DNA from: an uncultured Gammaproteobacteria bacterium
Lineage (GTDB): Bacteria > Patescibacteriota > Patescibacteriia > UBA1558 > 2-01-FULL-52-15
Reading direction: 5' to 3'
NCBI GenBank assembly: GCA_964422585.1
Contig: CAYRBH010000001.1
Location: forward strand, 11,728 to 75,727
DNA length: 64,000 nucleotides
The translations under genes were made by a program, and so were the position numbers. The notes beneath the pieces were generated by a model. That model ran no database searches and was not told the origin of the DNA. It saw only the letters and a program-made list of their open reading frames with translations. Within the stretch, counting starts at the first letter, position 1. Every line of letters starts with the position of its first letter. Positions 1 through 10,088 of the stretch are shown here, piece after piece.

Positions 1-113
1 ATAATACACTATAGTATATTTTTTGTCAAGAGATATTAAAAGGCTAATGTTAGGCAATTAAAGCATATGAAGCAATGGGCGCCCCTTTTCTAACGAACTT
101 TAGCCGCATATTC

Positions 114-141
114 TTGACATACAAAAGAAAAACTGTATAAT
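114..141 (+). promoter_or_regulatory. sigma70-like promoter (TTGACA-16 nt-TATAAT) upstream of the infA/ribosomal operon
   Basis: TTGACA at 114-119 and TATAAT at 136-141, read directly in the sequence; position relative to infA is consistent. Confidence 0.4.
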
Positions 142-201
142 TATCTGCAGTTTATTTTCAGGCTCAGAAGCTTGATTAGACTTTTTGTTTAACTAAGGCT
201 A

Positions 202-435
202 ATGCCACAGGATAGCCAAGATACTTCCAAAGGATTCATAGAAATGGAGGGTGTGGTCGACGAGTTACTTCCGAGCGCCACATTCAAAGTTACCTTGGAT
301 AATGGCCATGAGATTTTGTGTCATTTGTCAGGAAAAATGCGGATGAACAAGATCCGTCTTATCCCAGGGGACAGAGTGCGGGTTGAAATAAGCCCCTATG
401 ATCTCACTAAAGGACGCATCACCTATCGTAAATAA
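202..435 (+). CDS. infA: translation initiation factor IF-1
   Basis: 77 aa; S1-like IF-1 sequence (..[39 protein letters not shown]..); sits at the head of the rpmJ-rpsM-rpsK cluster. Confidence 0.95.
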   Translation: MPQDSQDTSKGFIEMEGVVDELLPSATFKVTLDNGHEILCHLSGKMRMNKIRLIPGDRVRVEISPYDLTKGRITYRK

Positions 436-441
436 TGCCAC

Positions 442-555
442 ATGAAGGTTCGCGCATCAGTCAAAGAAATTTGTTCAAAATGCCAGAAGATCCGTCGAAA
501 GGGTCGATTGGTTGTTATTTGTGAGAACCCGAAGCATAAGCAGCGACAAGGATAA
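442..555 (+). CDS. rpmJ: 50S ribosomal protein L36
   Basis: 37-aa [40 protein letters not shown] with the conserved CxxC...C..H zinc-ribbon pattern, between infA and rpsM. Absent from the ORF table because it is under 60 aa. Confidence 0.85.
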   Translation: MKVRASVKEICSKCQKIRRKGRLVVICENPKHKQRQG

Positions 556-558
556 TCT

Positions 559-957
559 ATGGCAACCACAGCAAGAATAGCCGGAGTCACTATTCCAGTC
601 GAGAAGCGCGTCGAGGTAGCGCTTACCTATATCTATGGTATTGGTCTGACCACTTCTCAGAAGATCCTCGCGCAACTGAAGATCAATCCTGATACCCGAG
701 TGAAGAATCTGTCAGAAACAGAAGTGAACAATTTGCGCCGCATCATCGAAGATACCCATACAGTCGAGGGTGATCTGCGACGTGAAGTGTTGACGAATAT
801 CAAGCGCTTGAAGGAGATCGGCAGCTATCGAGGGAGTCGCCACGCTAAGCATTTGCCGGTTCGTGGCCAGCGCACCAAAACCAATACCCGAACTGTTCGG
901 GGTAATGTGCGTAAGACCATGGGTTCTGGCCGTAAGGCAGCAGCTCAGAAGACATAA
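559..957 (+). CDS. rpsM: 30S ribosomal protein S13
   Basis: [32 protein letters not shown] motif typical of S13; conserved operon position. Confidence 0.95.
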   Translation: MATTARIAGVTIPVEKRVEVALTYIYGIGLTTSQKILAQLKINPDTRVKNLSETEVNNLRRIIEDTHTVEGDLRREVLTNIKRLKEIGSYRGSRHAKHLPVRGQRTKTNTRTVRGNVRKTMGSGRKAAAQKT

Positions 958-969
958 TTAGCTCAACGT

Positions 970-1392
970 ATGGAAGAAACAAAGCCAGTAGCAGCTACAG
1001 AAAGCGCCGGGCCGAAAGTAAAGGCTCGGAAGAAGAAAAAGCAGATCGTGCCACGCGGTCGAGCGTATGTGCAGGCTACGTATAATAATACGATAGTTAC
1101 CATCACCGATCCGCAGGGTAATGTCTTGGCCTGGTCTTCTGCCGGTAAGAATGGATTCAAAGGGCCTAAGAAATCAACGCCCTATGCGGCAGGCATCATT
1201 TCACGCGCAGCCGTAGAGAAGGCTCGGGAATACAATCTCCGCGAAGTCGACGTCTTCGTCAAAGGCGTTGGTCAAGGACGTGAATCAGCAGTGCGCGCGT
1301 TGCATGGTGCAGGGCTAGAGGTACTCTCTATCAAGGACACAACCCCGATCCCGCATAATGGCGTTCGTGCTAAGAAAGCTCGAAGGGTATAA
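970..1392 (+). CDS. rpsK: 30S ribosomal protein S11
   Basis: [32 protein letters not shown].. S11 signature. Confidence 0.95.
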   Translation: MEETKPVAATESAGPKVKARKKKKQIVPRGRAYVQATYNNTIVTITDPQGNVLAWSSAGKNGFKGPKKSTPYAAGIISRAAVEKAREYNLREVDVFVKGVGQGRESAVRALHGAGLEVLSIKDTTPIPHNGVRAKKARRV

Positions 1393-1398
1393 ACCACT

Positions 1399-2013
1399 AT
1401 GGCTCGTAAAATAGGACCAAAGCATAAACTCTGTCGTCGCGAAGGCATCAAGCTGTGCGATAGTTTCAAGTGTCCAGTCACCAAACGTAACTATCCGCCA
1501 GGACAGCATGGGCAGAAGAAAACACGCGGCAAGCTGTCTGATTATGGCAAGCAGCTTCGTGAGAAGCAGAAGGCTAAGTTTATCTATGGCTTGCTGGAGC
1601 GTCAGTTCAGAAATACTTTTGAAAAAGCCAAGGCATTACCAGGCAGCGCTGGAGTGAATCTCATGACCCTGCTTGAGAAGCGTCTGGACAATGTGGTATT
1701 CCGTGCCGGTCTTGCGACAACGAAGCAATTGGCTCGCCAGCTCGTCAATCACGGGCATTTCGAAGTGAATGGCAAGCCGCTGGACATCCCGTCCTATACC
1801 GTGAAAGTTGGTCAGGTCATCAAGGTGCGGGCAACCAAGACTAAGGCCCCGTATTGGAAGAATGTGATGGAGACTATGAAGAAAGCTGATGTGCCAGGTT
1901 GGCTGTCTGTCAATCCGAAAGATCTCTCGATCACGATTACCGCTGAACCAAAACCAGAGGAGCTACCGCAAAATATCGAGACCTACCTGATCGTTGAGTT
2001 CTATTCACGTTAA
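1399..2013 (+). CDS. rpsD: 30S ribosomal protein S4
   Basis: MARKIGPKHKLCRREG..., S4 domain (RLDNVVFRAGLATT..QLV.HGH..VNG). Confidence 0.95.
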   Translation: MARKIGPKHKLCRREGIKLCDSFKCPVTKRNYPPGQHGQKKTRGKLSDYGKQLREKQKAKFIYGLLERQFRNTFEKAKALPGSAGVNLMTLLEKRLDNVVFRAGLATTKQLARQLVNHGHFEVNGKPLDIPSYTVKVGQVIKVRATKTKAPYWKNVMETMKKADVPGWLSVNPKDLSITITAEPKPEELPQNIETYLIVEFYSR

Positions 2014-2044
2014 CATATTTTTTAAAAACTAACAGAGCGAAACT

Positions 2045-2815
2045 ATGTCGAGCGCAATCCCAACACCAACAACGGTGAAGTATACCGCAGGCAAGAACAA
2101 TCAGACCGATGTCGTGATCGAGCCTTGCTATCCTGGTTATGGCACGACGGTCGGTAATGCACTTCGACGCGTTTTGTTGTCTTCTTTACCCGGCGCCGCA
2201 GTGTGTGCTATCAAGGTGAATGGCGTGCAGCATGAGTATGATACTCTCGAGCATGTGAAGGAAGACATCGTGCAGGTCATGATGAATTTGAAGAAGCTGC
2301 GGGTCATCTGCCACAGCGATGAACCAGTCACTCTGGAACTGCATGCGAAGGGAGAAAAGGAAGTAACAGCTGCTGATATCAAGAAGAACGCTGATGTCGA
2401 AGTCGTGAACACTGATCTGGTCATTGCTACGCTCACCGATAAGAAAGCCGAGCTTTCAATGGAGATCATGGTGAAGAAAGGTATCGGCTATGAGCCGGTC
2501 GAGGAGCGCGTTGTAGACAAGAAAGACATCGGCTTGATGCAGATCGATTCTATTTTCAGTCCCATCGCTAATGTCGGTTTTAGTATCGAGCATACCCGCG
2601 TCGGCCAGCGTACTGATTATGAAAAAGTAGTGCTTTCCGTCACGACCGATGGCACGATGAGCGCTGAGGATGCGGTACAGAAATGCGTCGCTATTTTGCA
2701 GGAGCAGTTCGCAGCTATTGCTGGCGCTGAGCCAGTGAAAGAATCCAAGAAGAAAGCAAAGGCAGAAAAAGCCGAGAAAGCAGAGAAGACTGCAGAAGCG
2801 GAAGCTAGTGAGTAA
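2045..2815 (+). CDS. rpoA: DNA-directed RNA polymerase alpha subunit, N-terminal (dimerisation) domain only, with K/E-rich tail
   Basis: GNALRRVLLSSLPGAAV...HEYDTLEHVKEDIV matches the RpoA NTD. Only 256 aa, ending in KKKAKAEKAEKAEK with no recognisable alpha-CTD. Conserved position between rpsD and rplQ. Confidence 0.85.
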   Translation: MSSAIPTPTTVKYTAGKNNQTDVVIEPCYPGYGTTVGNALRRVLLSSLPGAAVCAIKVNGVQHEYDTLEHVKEDIVQVMMNLKKLRVICHSDEPVTLELHAKGEKEVTAADIKKNADVEVVNTDLVIATLTDKKAELSMEIMVKKGIGYEPVEERVVDKKDIGLMQIDSIFSPIANVGFSIEHTRVGQRTDYEKVVLSVTTDGTMSAEDAVQKCVAILQEQFAAIAGAEPVKESKKKAKAEKAEKAEKTAEAEASE

Positions 2816-2820
2816 TACCT

Positions 2821-3171
2821 ATGCGTCACCAGAAGAAAGTATTTAAATTTGGCAGAAAGACAGGACCTCGCAAGGCCATGCTTTCGAATTTGGCGACGAG
2901 TGTCATTTTGTATGAAAAGGTAACCACGACTGCTACCAAGGCTCGAGCAATCCGGCCAGTGGTCGAGCGCCTGGTGACGAAAGGAAAAGTAAAGTCATTG
3001 CATGCGAAACAAGAGCTAGGGAAATATCTGCCAGAGAAGAAGGCGGTAAAGAAGATTTTGGAAGTATTAGGACCTCGCTATAAGGAGCGACCAGGCGGCT
3101 ACCTGCGCATCACGAAACTGGGTCAGCGACAGGGTGACGCGGCGCCGATGGTTCGCATTGAATTTGTATAA
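2821..3171 (+). CDS. rplQ: 50S ribosomal protein L17
   Basis: MRHQKKVFKFGRKTGPRKAMLSNLA...; follows rpoA as in the canonical operon. Confidence 0.9.
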   Translation: MRHQKKVFKFGRKTGPRKAMLSNLATSVILYEKVTTTATKARAIRPVVERLVTKGKVKSLHAKQELGKYLPEKKAVKKILEVLGPRYKERPGGYLRITKLGQRQGDAAPMVRIEFV

Positions 3172-3175
3172 AACT

Positions 3176-3547
3176 ATGGCTATCGTACGAGAAAAACATA
3201 GCATTGATGCTGCCGGTAAGATCGGTGGAAGACTCGCAAGTCAGATCGCGACCTGGCTGCAGGGCAAGCATAAGGTGAGTTTCCAACCGCATATCGATGC
3301 TGGTGATTTTGTTGCTGTCGAAAATGTGGCGCAGATGAAGTTTACTGGTAAGAAATTGACTACTAAGAAGTATCATCGTTTCACTGGCTATCCGGGCGGT
3401 ATTATGACGAAGAGTCTGGGCGAGCGGATGATACAGCATCCAGAAGAGCTCCTTCGTAAGATGGTCTATGCTATGCTCCCGAAGAATAAGCTTCGTCCTG
3501 TCATGATCAAACGTTTAACTTTTACCAAAGTAAAGAAGGCGAACTAA
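3176..3547 (+). CDS. rplM: 50S ribosomal protein L13
   Basis: L13-like sequence. The tabulated ORF starts at 3134 and overlaps the rplQ stop; the internal ATG at 3176 (MAIVREK...) is the likely true start. Confidence 0.85.
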   Translation: MAIVREKHSIDAAGKIGGRLASQIATWLQGKHKVSFQPHIDAGDFVAVENVAQMKFTGKKLTTKKYHRFTGYPGGIMTKSLGERMIQHPEELLRKMVYAMLPKNKLRPVMIKRLTFTKVKKAN

Positions 3548-3551
3548 TTGT

Positions 3552-3959
3552 ATGGTAACCAAGAAGAAAGACTATATCGCAACCGTTGGACGCCGTAAAT
3601 CGGCTATCGCTCGCGTACGCCTGCATACAAAGGCAGGCAGTGGTCTTGCTATGACCGTGAATGACCGCAAGTATACTGAGTATTTCAATTATCCGCAGTG
3701 GCAGGAAGTGGTCATGAGCCCTTTGAAGCTGACCGGTAATGAGCAGTATCCGGTGACCATCAAGGTTTTGGGTGGCGGCATTAACTCGCAGGCAGAGGCT
3801 ATCCGCTTGGGTATTGCTCGCGCTCTGATCATCATGAATGAAGAGTACCGCGCTACCTTGAAGAAAAATGGCATGTTGACCCGTGATCCTCGGGTCAAAG
3901 AGCGTAAGAAGCCTGGATTAAAGAAAGCGCGCAGAGCGCCGCAGTGGAGTAAGCGTTAA
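3552..3959 (+). CDS. rpsI: 30S ribosomal protein S9
   Basis: ..GRRKSAIARVRL..GGG...QAEAIRLGIARAL.. and C-terminal ..KKARRAPQWSKR typical of S9. Confidence 0.95.
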   Translation: MVTKKKDYIATVGRRKSAIARVRLHTKAGSGLAMTVNDRKYTEYFNYPQWQEVVMSPLKLTGNEQYPVTIKVLGGGINSQAEAIRLGIARALIIMNEEYRATLKKNGMLTRDPRVKERKKPGLKKARRAPQWSKR

Positions 3960-3980
3960 TTTTACTTTTGACTAGTTTCA

Positions 3981-4006
3981 AGGACCCGTCATAGGGTCCT
4001 TTGTTT
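3981..4006 (+). terminator. Rho-independent terminator after rpsI
   Basis: AGGACCC-gtcata-GGGTCCT hairpin followed by TTGTTT. Confidence 0.5.
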
Positions 4007-4044
4007 ATTGTCTAAAGGCCCTATAACTTGGTATACTTAGCACT

Positions 4045-5487
4045 ATGCCGAATGCCGTTACGGGTACAACCATAGCGAAAAATGCAACGTTCTATGCGGC
4101 AGCGCTGACCTTACAAAAAGCGCTTTCTTTTGTTTATTTCACCATACTTGCTCGGAGTCTCGGTGTTGATCTTACGGGTAAGTACTTTTTTGCATTATCA
4201 TTCGCGGGTATTGTCATGGGGATCGTCGATATTGGTCTGACGCCGGCATTAACGAGAGAGGTGGCCAAAGATACGTCTCGAGCGGCCTCATTCCTTTTTC
4301 ATACCTTGAGCATCAAAGTCTGTATCGCTATTATTATGGCGAGCGCCGGTATTGCCGTAAGTACGCTGTTCCATGATCCCGTGCAGCAAGGATTGCTCGT
4401 TATAGCTATGGTCATAGCTTTCCTTGATAGCATCGCGCTCTCTATATTCGCGACGATACGCGCGCATCAGAATTTACTCTATGAAAGTGTATCAGCCGTA
4501 TTGTTCCAGGCGATTGTCATAAGTACTGGTACGGTTGCTTTATTTTTCCATGCCGATGTACGCATCGTCATCTGCGCGCTACTCGTGGGCAGCACAGTCA
4601 ATCTGGGTTTTGGTGCCCTGATGCTCTATGGCAAATTGAAAGTACCTACCGTCGTGCAGTATGAAGCCAAGATGTTCCAGCGATTAGCGATACTCGCAGC
4701 ACCTTTTGCCATTGCGGCGATTTGTATCAAAGCAAATGCCTACACTGATACGGTCTTGGTCAAGCTGTTCCTGACGGATCACGCGGTTGGTCTGTATAGC
4801 GTCGCCTATAAAGTAACCTTTGCTTTTCAGTTCATACCAATGGCATTCGTGGCAGCCTTGTATCCTGCCTTCGCTTATTTCTGGCAGCATGACCGGGTTC
4901 GGCTTGCCGGAGCATTCACGGGAGCGTATAAGTATCTGCTTATGTTCTCAGTGCCTATTGTCGCAGGGATCGCGGCCTTGGCAGATAAGATCATACCGTT
5001 CGTGTATACGCCGGCCTATCTTGAGTCGGTTGCTCCGCTCATCATTCTGATGCTCTCCCTGCCGCTCCTCTTCATTAATTTTCCTATAGGCTCTTTGTTG
5101 AATGCGGTTGGGCGCCAGAATCGGCAAACTACGCACCTTGCGATAGGCGTTGTGGTGACTATTTTTTTCAACCTATCCCTTATCCCGATCCTAGGTATTA
5201 CCGGCGCTGCATTGGCTTCCACCCTGAGCACAGTCATGGTATTCATCCTGGGCATCTATGTAGCACATACCATCATCAGATTTGATATCAAAGCGCTACT
5301 CTTGCAGACACTGAACATTGCTTGCGCTGGACTATTGTGTTTTTTGATCGCGCGCGGCATGTCAGCAGTGATGCCGTGGTATATGTCCGTTGCTCCGGCA
5401 GCTATCGGCTATCTAGCCATACTGTGGTTCACGAAGCTCATAGACCGCTCAGTGTTTTCTCAATTGCGTAGTATGGTACGACGATGA
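4045..5487 (+). CDS. polysaccharide biosynthesis protein / oligosaccharide flippase (Wzx, MOP superfamily)
   Basis: 480 aa, about 12-14 predicted TM helices and Wzx-like composition; first gene of a glycosyltransferase cluster. Confidence 0.65.
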   Translation: MPNAVTGTTIAKNATFYAAALTLQKALSFVYFTILARSLGVDLTGKYFFALSFAGIVMGIVDIGLTPALTREVAKDTSRAASFLFHTLSIKVCIAIIMASAGIAVSTLFHDPVQQGLLVIAMVIAFLDSIALSIFATIRAHQNLLYESVSAVLFQAIVISTGTVALFFHADVRIVICALLVGSTVNLGFGALMLYGKLKVPTVVQYEAKMFQRLAILAAPFAIAAICIKANAYTDTVLVKLFLTDHAVGLYSVAYKVTFAFQFIPMAFVAALYPAFAYFWQHDRVRLAGAFTGAYKYLLMFSVPIVAGIAALADKIIPFVYTPAYLESVAPLIILMLSLPLLFINFPIGSLLNAVGRQNRQTTHLAIGVVVTIFFNLSLIPILGITGAALASTLSTVMVFILGIYVAHTIIRFDIKALLLQTLNIACAGLLCFLIARGMSAVMPWYMSVAPAAIGYLAILWFTKLIDRSVFSQLRSMVRR

Positions 5488-6578
5488 AAAAGACATTGTT
5501 ATTGACACATGAGTATTACCCTTATCACGGCGGTGTCGCTCGGTATTGCTATAATCTATTCGAGTATCTACCTTCCGCCCGTTACCTGGTTCTGAGCGAT
5601 CAGAAGCTCACCGATCGGCGGGTACCGATCATGACGCAGAAGCTGCTCTCCTCATTTATGCGCCCGAGTTGGCTCAAAGGCGTCTCGATCGTCAAGAAGA
5701 TAGTTCGCGAGCAGGGGATAGAGTGTATCATGACGCCAAATATCTTGCCGCTAGGCACTATAGCTCAAGCCGTTGGCAAGTCGCTGAAGATACCATATAT
5801 CGTTTCTCTGCACGGACTTGATATTAATCTGGGGCTGGCGAATAAGAAGGCGATGACCATCAGCATCCTGAAAGGAGCACAGCATGTCATCGTCAATAGC
5901 GTTACTACGAAGAAGACCCTTGATCCGTTGAAGCTGGCAACGCCGGTGACCGTCATTACGCCCTATCTTGATACCGAGAAGCTGGCAGTCGACCCTACGG
6001 TGACAACGGCTCTGGTGAAACGCTATGGCAAGAAAAAAATCATTTTGACCGTCGGGCGCCTGGTCAAGCGCAAGGGCCAGGATATGGTCATTAAGGCAAT
6101 GCCTGAGGTACTCCGGAAGGTTCCTGATGCGCAGTACTGTATCGTAGGCAATGGCCCGGATAAAGGATATCTGGAAGAATGTATCGCTGAAGCGCATGTC
6201 GAGCGAGCAGTTGATATCATAACCGATGTCCCTGATGGTAAACTAGGGGCATACTATAGCTGGGCTTCTCTTTTTGCTATGCCAACGCGGACCATTGGAG
6301 CTGATAGGGAAGGGTTCGGTATTGTGTATCTTGAGGCGGCTCATTTCAGTCTGCCGATCCTTGCTGGCCGTTCCGCTGCAGAAGCTGAGGCTGTCGGCGG
6401 CGATGACGGCGGTGTATTCGCTGATGGCGATAACCTTGAGGATATTACTGAGGCTCTGATTCATTTGCTCCAAGACAGGGAATTGGCCTTGTTCCTGGGT
6501 AAGAATACGCATGAGCATTTGAAGGCTATCCCGACCTGGAAGGATCAGGCAAAGCTCTTGGAAGGAATACTGTCATAA
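5484..6578 (+). CDS. glycosyltransferase family 4 (GT1-fold)
   Basis: C-terminal GT4 signature ..EGFGIVYLEAAHFSLPILAG..; start overlaps the flippase stop by 4 nt. Confidence 0.75.
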   Translation: MKKTLLLTHEYYPYHGGVARYCYNLFEYLPSARYLVLSDQKLTDRRVPIMTQKLLSSFMRPSWLKGVSIVKKIVREQGIECIMTPNILPLGTIAQAVGKSLKIPYIVSLHGLDINLGLANKKAMTISILKGAQHVIVNSVTTKKTLDPLKLATPVTVITPYLDTEKLAVDPTVTTALVKRYGKKKIILTVGRLVKRKGQDMVIKAMPEVLRKVPDAQYCIVGNGPDKGYLEECIAEAHVERAVDIITDVPDGKLGAYYSWASLFAMPTRTIGADREGFGIVYLEAAHFSLPILAGRSAAEAEAVGGDDGGVFADGDNLEDITEALIHLLQDRELALFLGKNTHEHLKAIPTWKDQAKLLEGILS

Positions 6579-6581
6579 GAT

Positions 6582-7748
6582 ATGAAAAAAATAGATATTA
6601 TCATGTTCAATATGTCGGGCTATGCCGAGTGGCAGCGCGGCGTGAGCAATAGGAATTACCATATTCTAAAGAACCTTTTACAATCCGAACAGGTGGGTAA
6701 GATCTTAGCTATTGATTATCCGCCGCTGACCATTAAACGGGCGCTCAGAAATCATAAGGAAAATGTGCTGCCACCCTTACAGGGCGGTACGGTACTATCT
6801 TGGTCAGTATATGATAAGTTAACGAAACTGACTGACCGGCTCTATGTGTATTCAAATAGCGAATTTTGCATTCGGCCGAAGCATTTCGTCGAGCGCGTGA
6901 AGGCTGTTGCTGCGAAATTAGACTTCCAGGAGTATATCGTCTGGTCGTATTTCCCGCCGGTCATGGAGTACCTGAGGCCGCTCACTCCGAAGCTCACGGT
7001 GTTTGACGCCGTCGATAATTGGACCGAACACGCTTCCTACGCTCATTTCAAAGAACGTTTGAAGCAGAACTATACACTCATCAAGAATACTGCCGATGTG
7101 ATATTCACGGTCGCGGACGATCTCCAGAAGCTTTTTGATAATCAGCCGAATGTATTTTGGATACCTAATGGCGTCGACCTTGCCCATTATCAGACGCCAC
7201 AGGTGTTACTAAATCGCGATATTGCCGATCTGCCTAAACCCATTATTGGTTATATCGGGGTGGTACAGGATCGAGTCGATATTGACCTTATTACGTTTTT
7301 GGCCTCGAAGAATCCGACCAAGTCATTCGCCATCGTTGGTCCGGTCTGGCATGACACAGATATGCAAGCATTGCAAGCTCTGCCGAATATACATTTGCTC
7401 GGCTATAAGTCATATGCAGAAGCCCCAATGTATATACAGCAATTCGATGTTGGTCTCATTCCGCATAAGGCATCAGCATTCGTCACCTCGACTAACCCTA
7501 TGAAGCTGTATGAGTATCTTGCCTGTGGCAAACCAGTGCTCGCGACCGCGAGCTCAGGTGTGGACGCTTTGAAGGAGTATGTCTATATCGCTGATACTCA
7601 GGAAGATGCGAATCGGAAGTTGTTCGTGGCGCTGCAGGAGGATACTGAGGAGTTGCATCGCGCTCGGGCCAAAGCAGTCGAGGACTATTCTTGGGTCACG
7701 AGCGCTCGGCAGATGCTCGATATTATCGATAAGAAAATGAGCGTCTAG
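6582..7748 (+). CDS. glycosyltransferase (GT4-like)
   Basis: ..KLYEYLACGKPVLATASSGV.. retaining-GT C-terminal motif. Confidence 0.6.
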   Translation: MKKIDIIMFNMSGYAEWQRGVSNRNYHILKNLLQSEQVGKILAIDYPPLTIKRALRNHKENVLPPLQGGTVLSWSVYDKLTKLTDRLYVYSNSEFCIRPKHFVERVKAVAAKLDFQEYIVWSYFPPVMEYLRPLTPKLTVFDAVDNWTEHASYAHFKERLKQNYTLIKNTADVIFTVADDLQKLFDNQPNVFWIPNGVDLAHYQTPQVLLNRDIADLPKPIIGYIGVVQDRVDIDLITFLASKNPTKSFAIVGPVWHDTDMQALQALPNIHLLGYKSYAEAPMYIQQFDVGLIPHKASAFVTSTNPMKLYEYLACGKPVLATASSGVDALKEYVYIADTQEDANRKLFVALQEDTEELHRARAKAVEDYSWVTSARQMLDIIDKKMSV

Positions 7749-7762
7749 CACTGAGATACTCT

Positions 7763-8626
7763 ATGGTCGACTGCTCCATCATCATCGTTAGTTGGAATGT
7801 GCGAGAGTATCTGCGCAAGTGTCTTGCTTCCCTGCCACGACATCCTGCGGGCTTCAGTGTTGAAGTGCTAGTCGTCGATAACGCGTCGACCGATGGGAGC
7901 CTGGAGATGATCCGTGAAGAATTCCCCTGGGTGACGATACTACCCTTGAAGTCGAATAGGGGATTTGCCCGAGCGAATAATGCTGCCTTATCGAAAGCGC
8001 AGGGCAAGTATGTGTTCATACTAAATCCAGATACTGAGCTTAAGGCTGGTGCATTGGAAACGCTTATTCGGTATATGGATACACACCCTGATCGCGCTTT
8101 GGTCGCGCCGAAGATTATCAACCCTGACGGCACCTTTCAACAAGGATCGATACGACGTGATCCGACCCTTGCTTCACAGCTGCTTATTTTATTGAAGTTG
8201 CAATACCTCTTCGCTCAGCAGCGGACGCTGCGGCGCTACTATGCGGCAGATTTCGATCCGGAGCGCGAACAAGAGGTGGAGCAGCCTATGGGCGCGGCAC
8301 TATTCATCCGGAGATCAGCGCTTGATCGGATCGGTCATTTCGATGAGGGGTTTTTCCTGTGGTTCGAGGAGGTTGACTTGTGCAAACGTTTACGCTCCGC
8401 GGACGAGCAACTCTGGTATCTCCCTGCCGCGGTAGTCGTGCATTATGGTGGTAGAAGTTTTGCCCAAGCCCTGCCCTTGGCTAAGCAGCGCCTCTACAAC
8501 AAAAGCGCCCTGCATTATTATGCCAAGCACTATGGGGCTATTGGTTTTTTCTCGATACTATTCACGATACCCTTGAACCTCGTGATGGTGGCCGTGTATC
8601 AACAAATACGAAAGTATGTTAAGTAA
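7763..8626 (+). CDS. glycosyltransferase family 2
   Basis: N-terminal IIIVSWN...VLVVDNASTDGS, plus DxD and downstream ED motifs typical of GT2. Confidence 0.8.
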   Translation: MVDCSIIIVSWNVREYLRKCLASLPRHPAGFSVEVLVVDNASTDGSLEMIREEFPWVTILPLKSNRGFARANNAALSKAQGKYVFILNPDTELKAGALETLIRYMDTHPDRALVAPKIINPDGTFQQGSIRRDPTLASQLLILLKLQYLFAQQRTLRRYYAADFDPEREQEVEQPMGAALFIRRSALDRIGHFDEGFFLWFEEVDLCKRLRSADEQLWYLPAAVVVHYGGRSFAQALPLAKQRLYNKSALHYYAKHYGAIGFFSILFTIPLNLVMVAVYQQIRKYVK

Positions 8627-10088
8627 TGGATCACTCTCACGGAAATGGGTAGTGCTGATCGTCTTTGGTTTCTTTGTATTCGACGTCTTGTCCCTGGCAG
8701 CGTATACATTTCCGGTATTCAACTGGTGTCTGCTGCCCTTCGTGATATTTTTCATTCTGTACTGCATAGCACGTGATGAGCGGAATTTGCTGGTCCTGCC
8801 ACTAGCTGAACTCACCTGGGGTTCATTCGGTTCAGAGCTGCAGTGGCAGATGGGGAGCTTCCATCTTTCGCTGCGTATTTTGCTATTCATCTGTTGTGTC
8901 GGTTTCTGGGCATGGAAACGTTACCAGGGGCGTTTTGTTCCTTTGCATCCTTTCCAACGAGACGCCTTGCAGTATGTGCTGCTGGCTGCTCCTGCGGCAT
9001 GGGCGGTACTGCGTGGAATCGCGCTGCACCATCCGCTCGGGACTATCTTTTTCGACGGTAATGCCTATCTCTATCTCTTGTATATCCCGTTATGGCATTT
9101 GGTCTATGACCGCAAGGCGATCCCGTCATTGCGGGCCTTGTTCATGGGCGCAGCCTTGGCCTTGTCGATCAAGACCTTATTGCTCATGAATATCTTCACT
9201 AATCAATATCAAGCCCTGAATGTAGAGTATTTGTATATCTGGATACGCGATACGAGAGTAGGGGAGATAACAGCTACTGGGAGCGCCATTTGGCGTATCT
9301 TCATCCAATCCCAGCTGTTCATAGGGATCGCTATCATGCATGCCTGTGTTGAAATAGTCCATGAACGCAAGATGAGTTGGCTTCGGATGACATATGTGGC
9401 TTTGCTGTTTGCTGGTCTTATCTCAAGCATGTCTCGGAGCTTTTGGATAGGATTATTCGTCGCCTTAAGTTTGGTCATGGTGCTTGCGGTAGTACGCAAA
9501 AGTCTTTCATTCATGCAAGCGATACAGTTGTCACTGCGTTTGTTCATGAGTATTCTCATTTCGCTATTCCTGATAGTCTTGTTTATATTCATTCCTTATG
9601 GCGGCAAAGATATACAAGGAGCTTTAAGTGATCGTTTATCTGCCAATGATGCTGCCGGCACTTCTCGCGCCCAGCTCTTGGGCCCGCTGATGCAAGCTAT
9701 ACGCCAGTCGCCGTTCATTGGGCAAGGTTTCGGAGCAACCGTTACCTATCATTCGAATGACCCGCGGATCAAGAACCCTAGTAATCCCACGGGGATCGTT
9801 ACCACTGATGCATTTGAGTGGGGATATCTGGATCAATGGCTCAAATGGGGCCTGCTCGGGATGTTACTTTGGGCATTCGTTATCGCCCGGCAGTACTATC
9901 GGGGCATGAAGATATATAGAACAGACAGCCCGGACGCTCTATGGGCCGCGTCGCTCCTTGCCGGCCTCACCTTCATTTTGTTCGTACATGTCGTCAGCCC
10001 ATACTTGAATCACCCCTTAGGGATCGGGTATGTGCTCTTGACGATGCTGGTGCTTCAGCATAGTGTAGAACCGCAGCGCCATGCCTAA
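8616..10088 (+). CDS. O-antigen ligase/polymerase-like (Wzy-type) polytopic membrane protein
   Basis: 490 aa and very hydrophobic with many TM helices, embedded among GT genes. Identity as Wzy/WaaL-like is inferred from context. Confidence 0.5.
   Translation: MLSNGSLSRKWVVLIVFGFFVFDVLSLAAYTFPVFNWCLLPFVIFFILYCIARDERNLLVLPLAELTWGSFGSELQWQMGSFHLSLRILLFICCVGFWAWKRYQGRFVPLHPFQRDALQYVLLAAPAAWAVLRGIALHHPLGTIFFDGNAYLYLLYIPLWHLVYDRKAIPSLRALFMGAALALSIKTLLLMNIFTNQYQALNVEYLYIWIRDTRVGEITATGSAIWRIFIQSQLFIGIAIMHACVEIVHERKMSWLRMTYVALLFAGLISSMSRSFWIGLFVALSLVMVLAVVRKSLSFMQAIQLSLRLFMSILISLFLIVLFIFIPYGGKDIQGALSDRLSANDAAGTSRAQLLGPLMQAIRQSPFIGQGFGATVTYHSNDPRIKNPSNPTGIVTTDAFEWGYLDQWLKWGLLGMLLWAFVIARQYYRGMKIYRTDSPDALWAASLLAGLTFILFVHVVSPYLNHPLGIGYVLLTMLVLQHSVEPQRHA

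Noticed and set aside
475-675. 66-aa minus-strand ORF overlapping rpmJ/rpsM
   Set aside because: It is antisense to two highly conserved ribosomal protein genes and is a shadow ORF.
3134-3175. Upstream extension of rplM (ORF start at 3134)
   Set aside because: It would overlap the 3' end of rplQ by 38 nt and add a non-conserved MTRRRWFALNLYKT leader. The internal ATG at 3176 gives a canonical L13 N-terminus.
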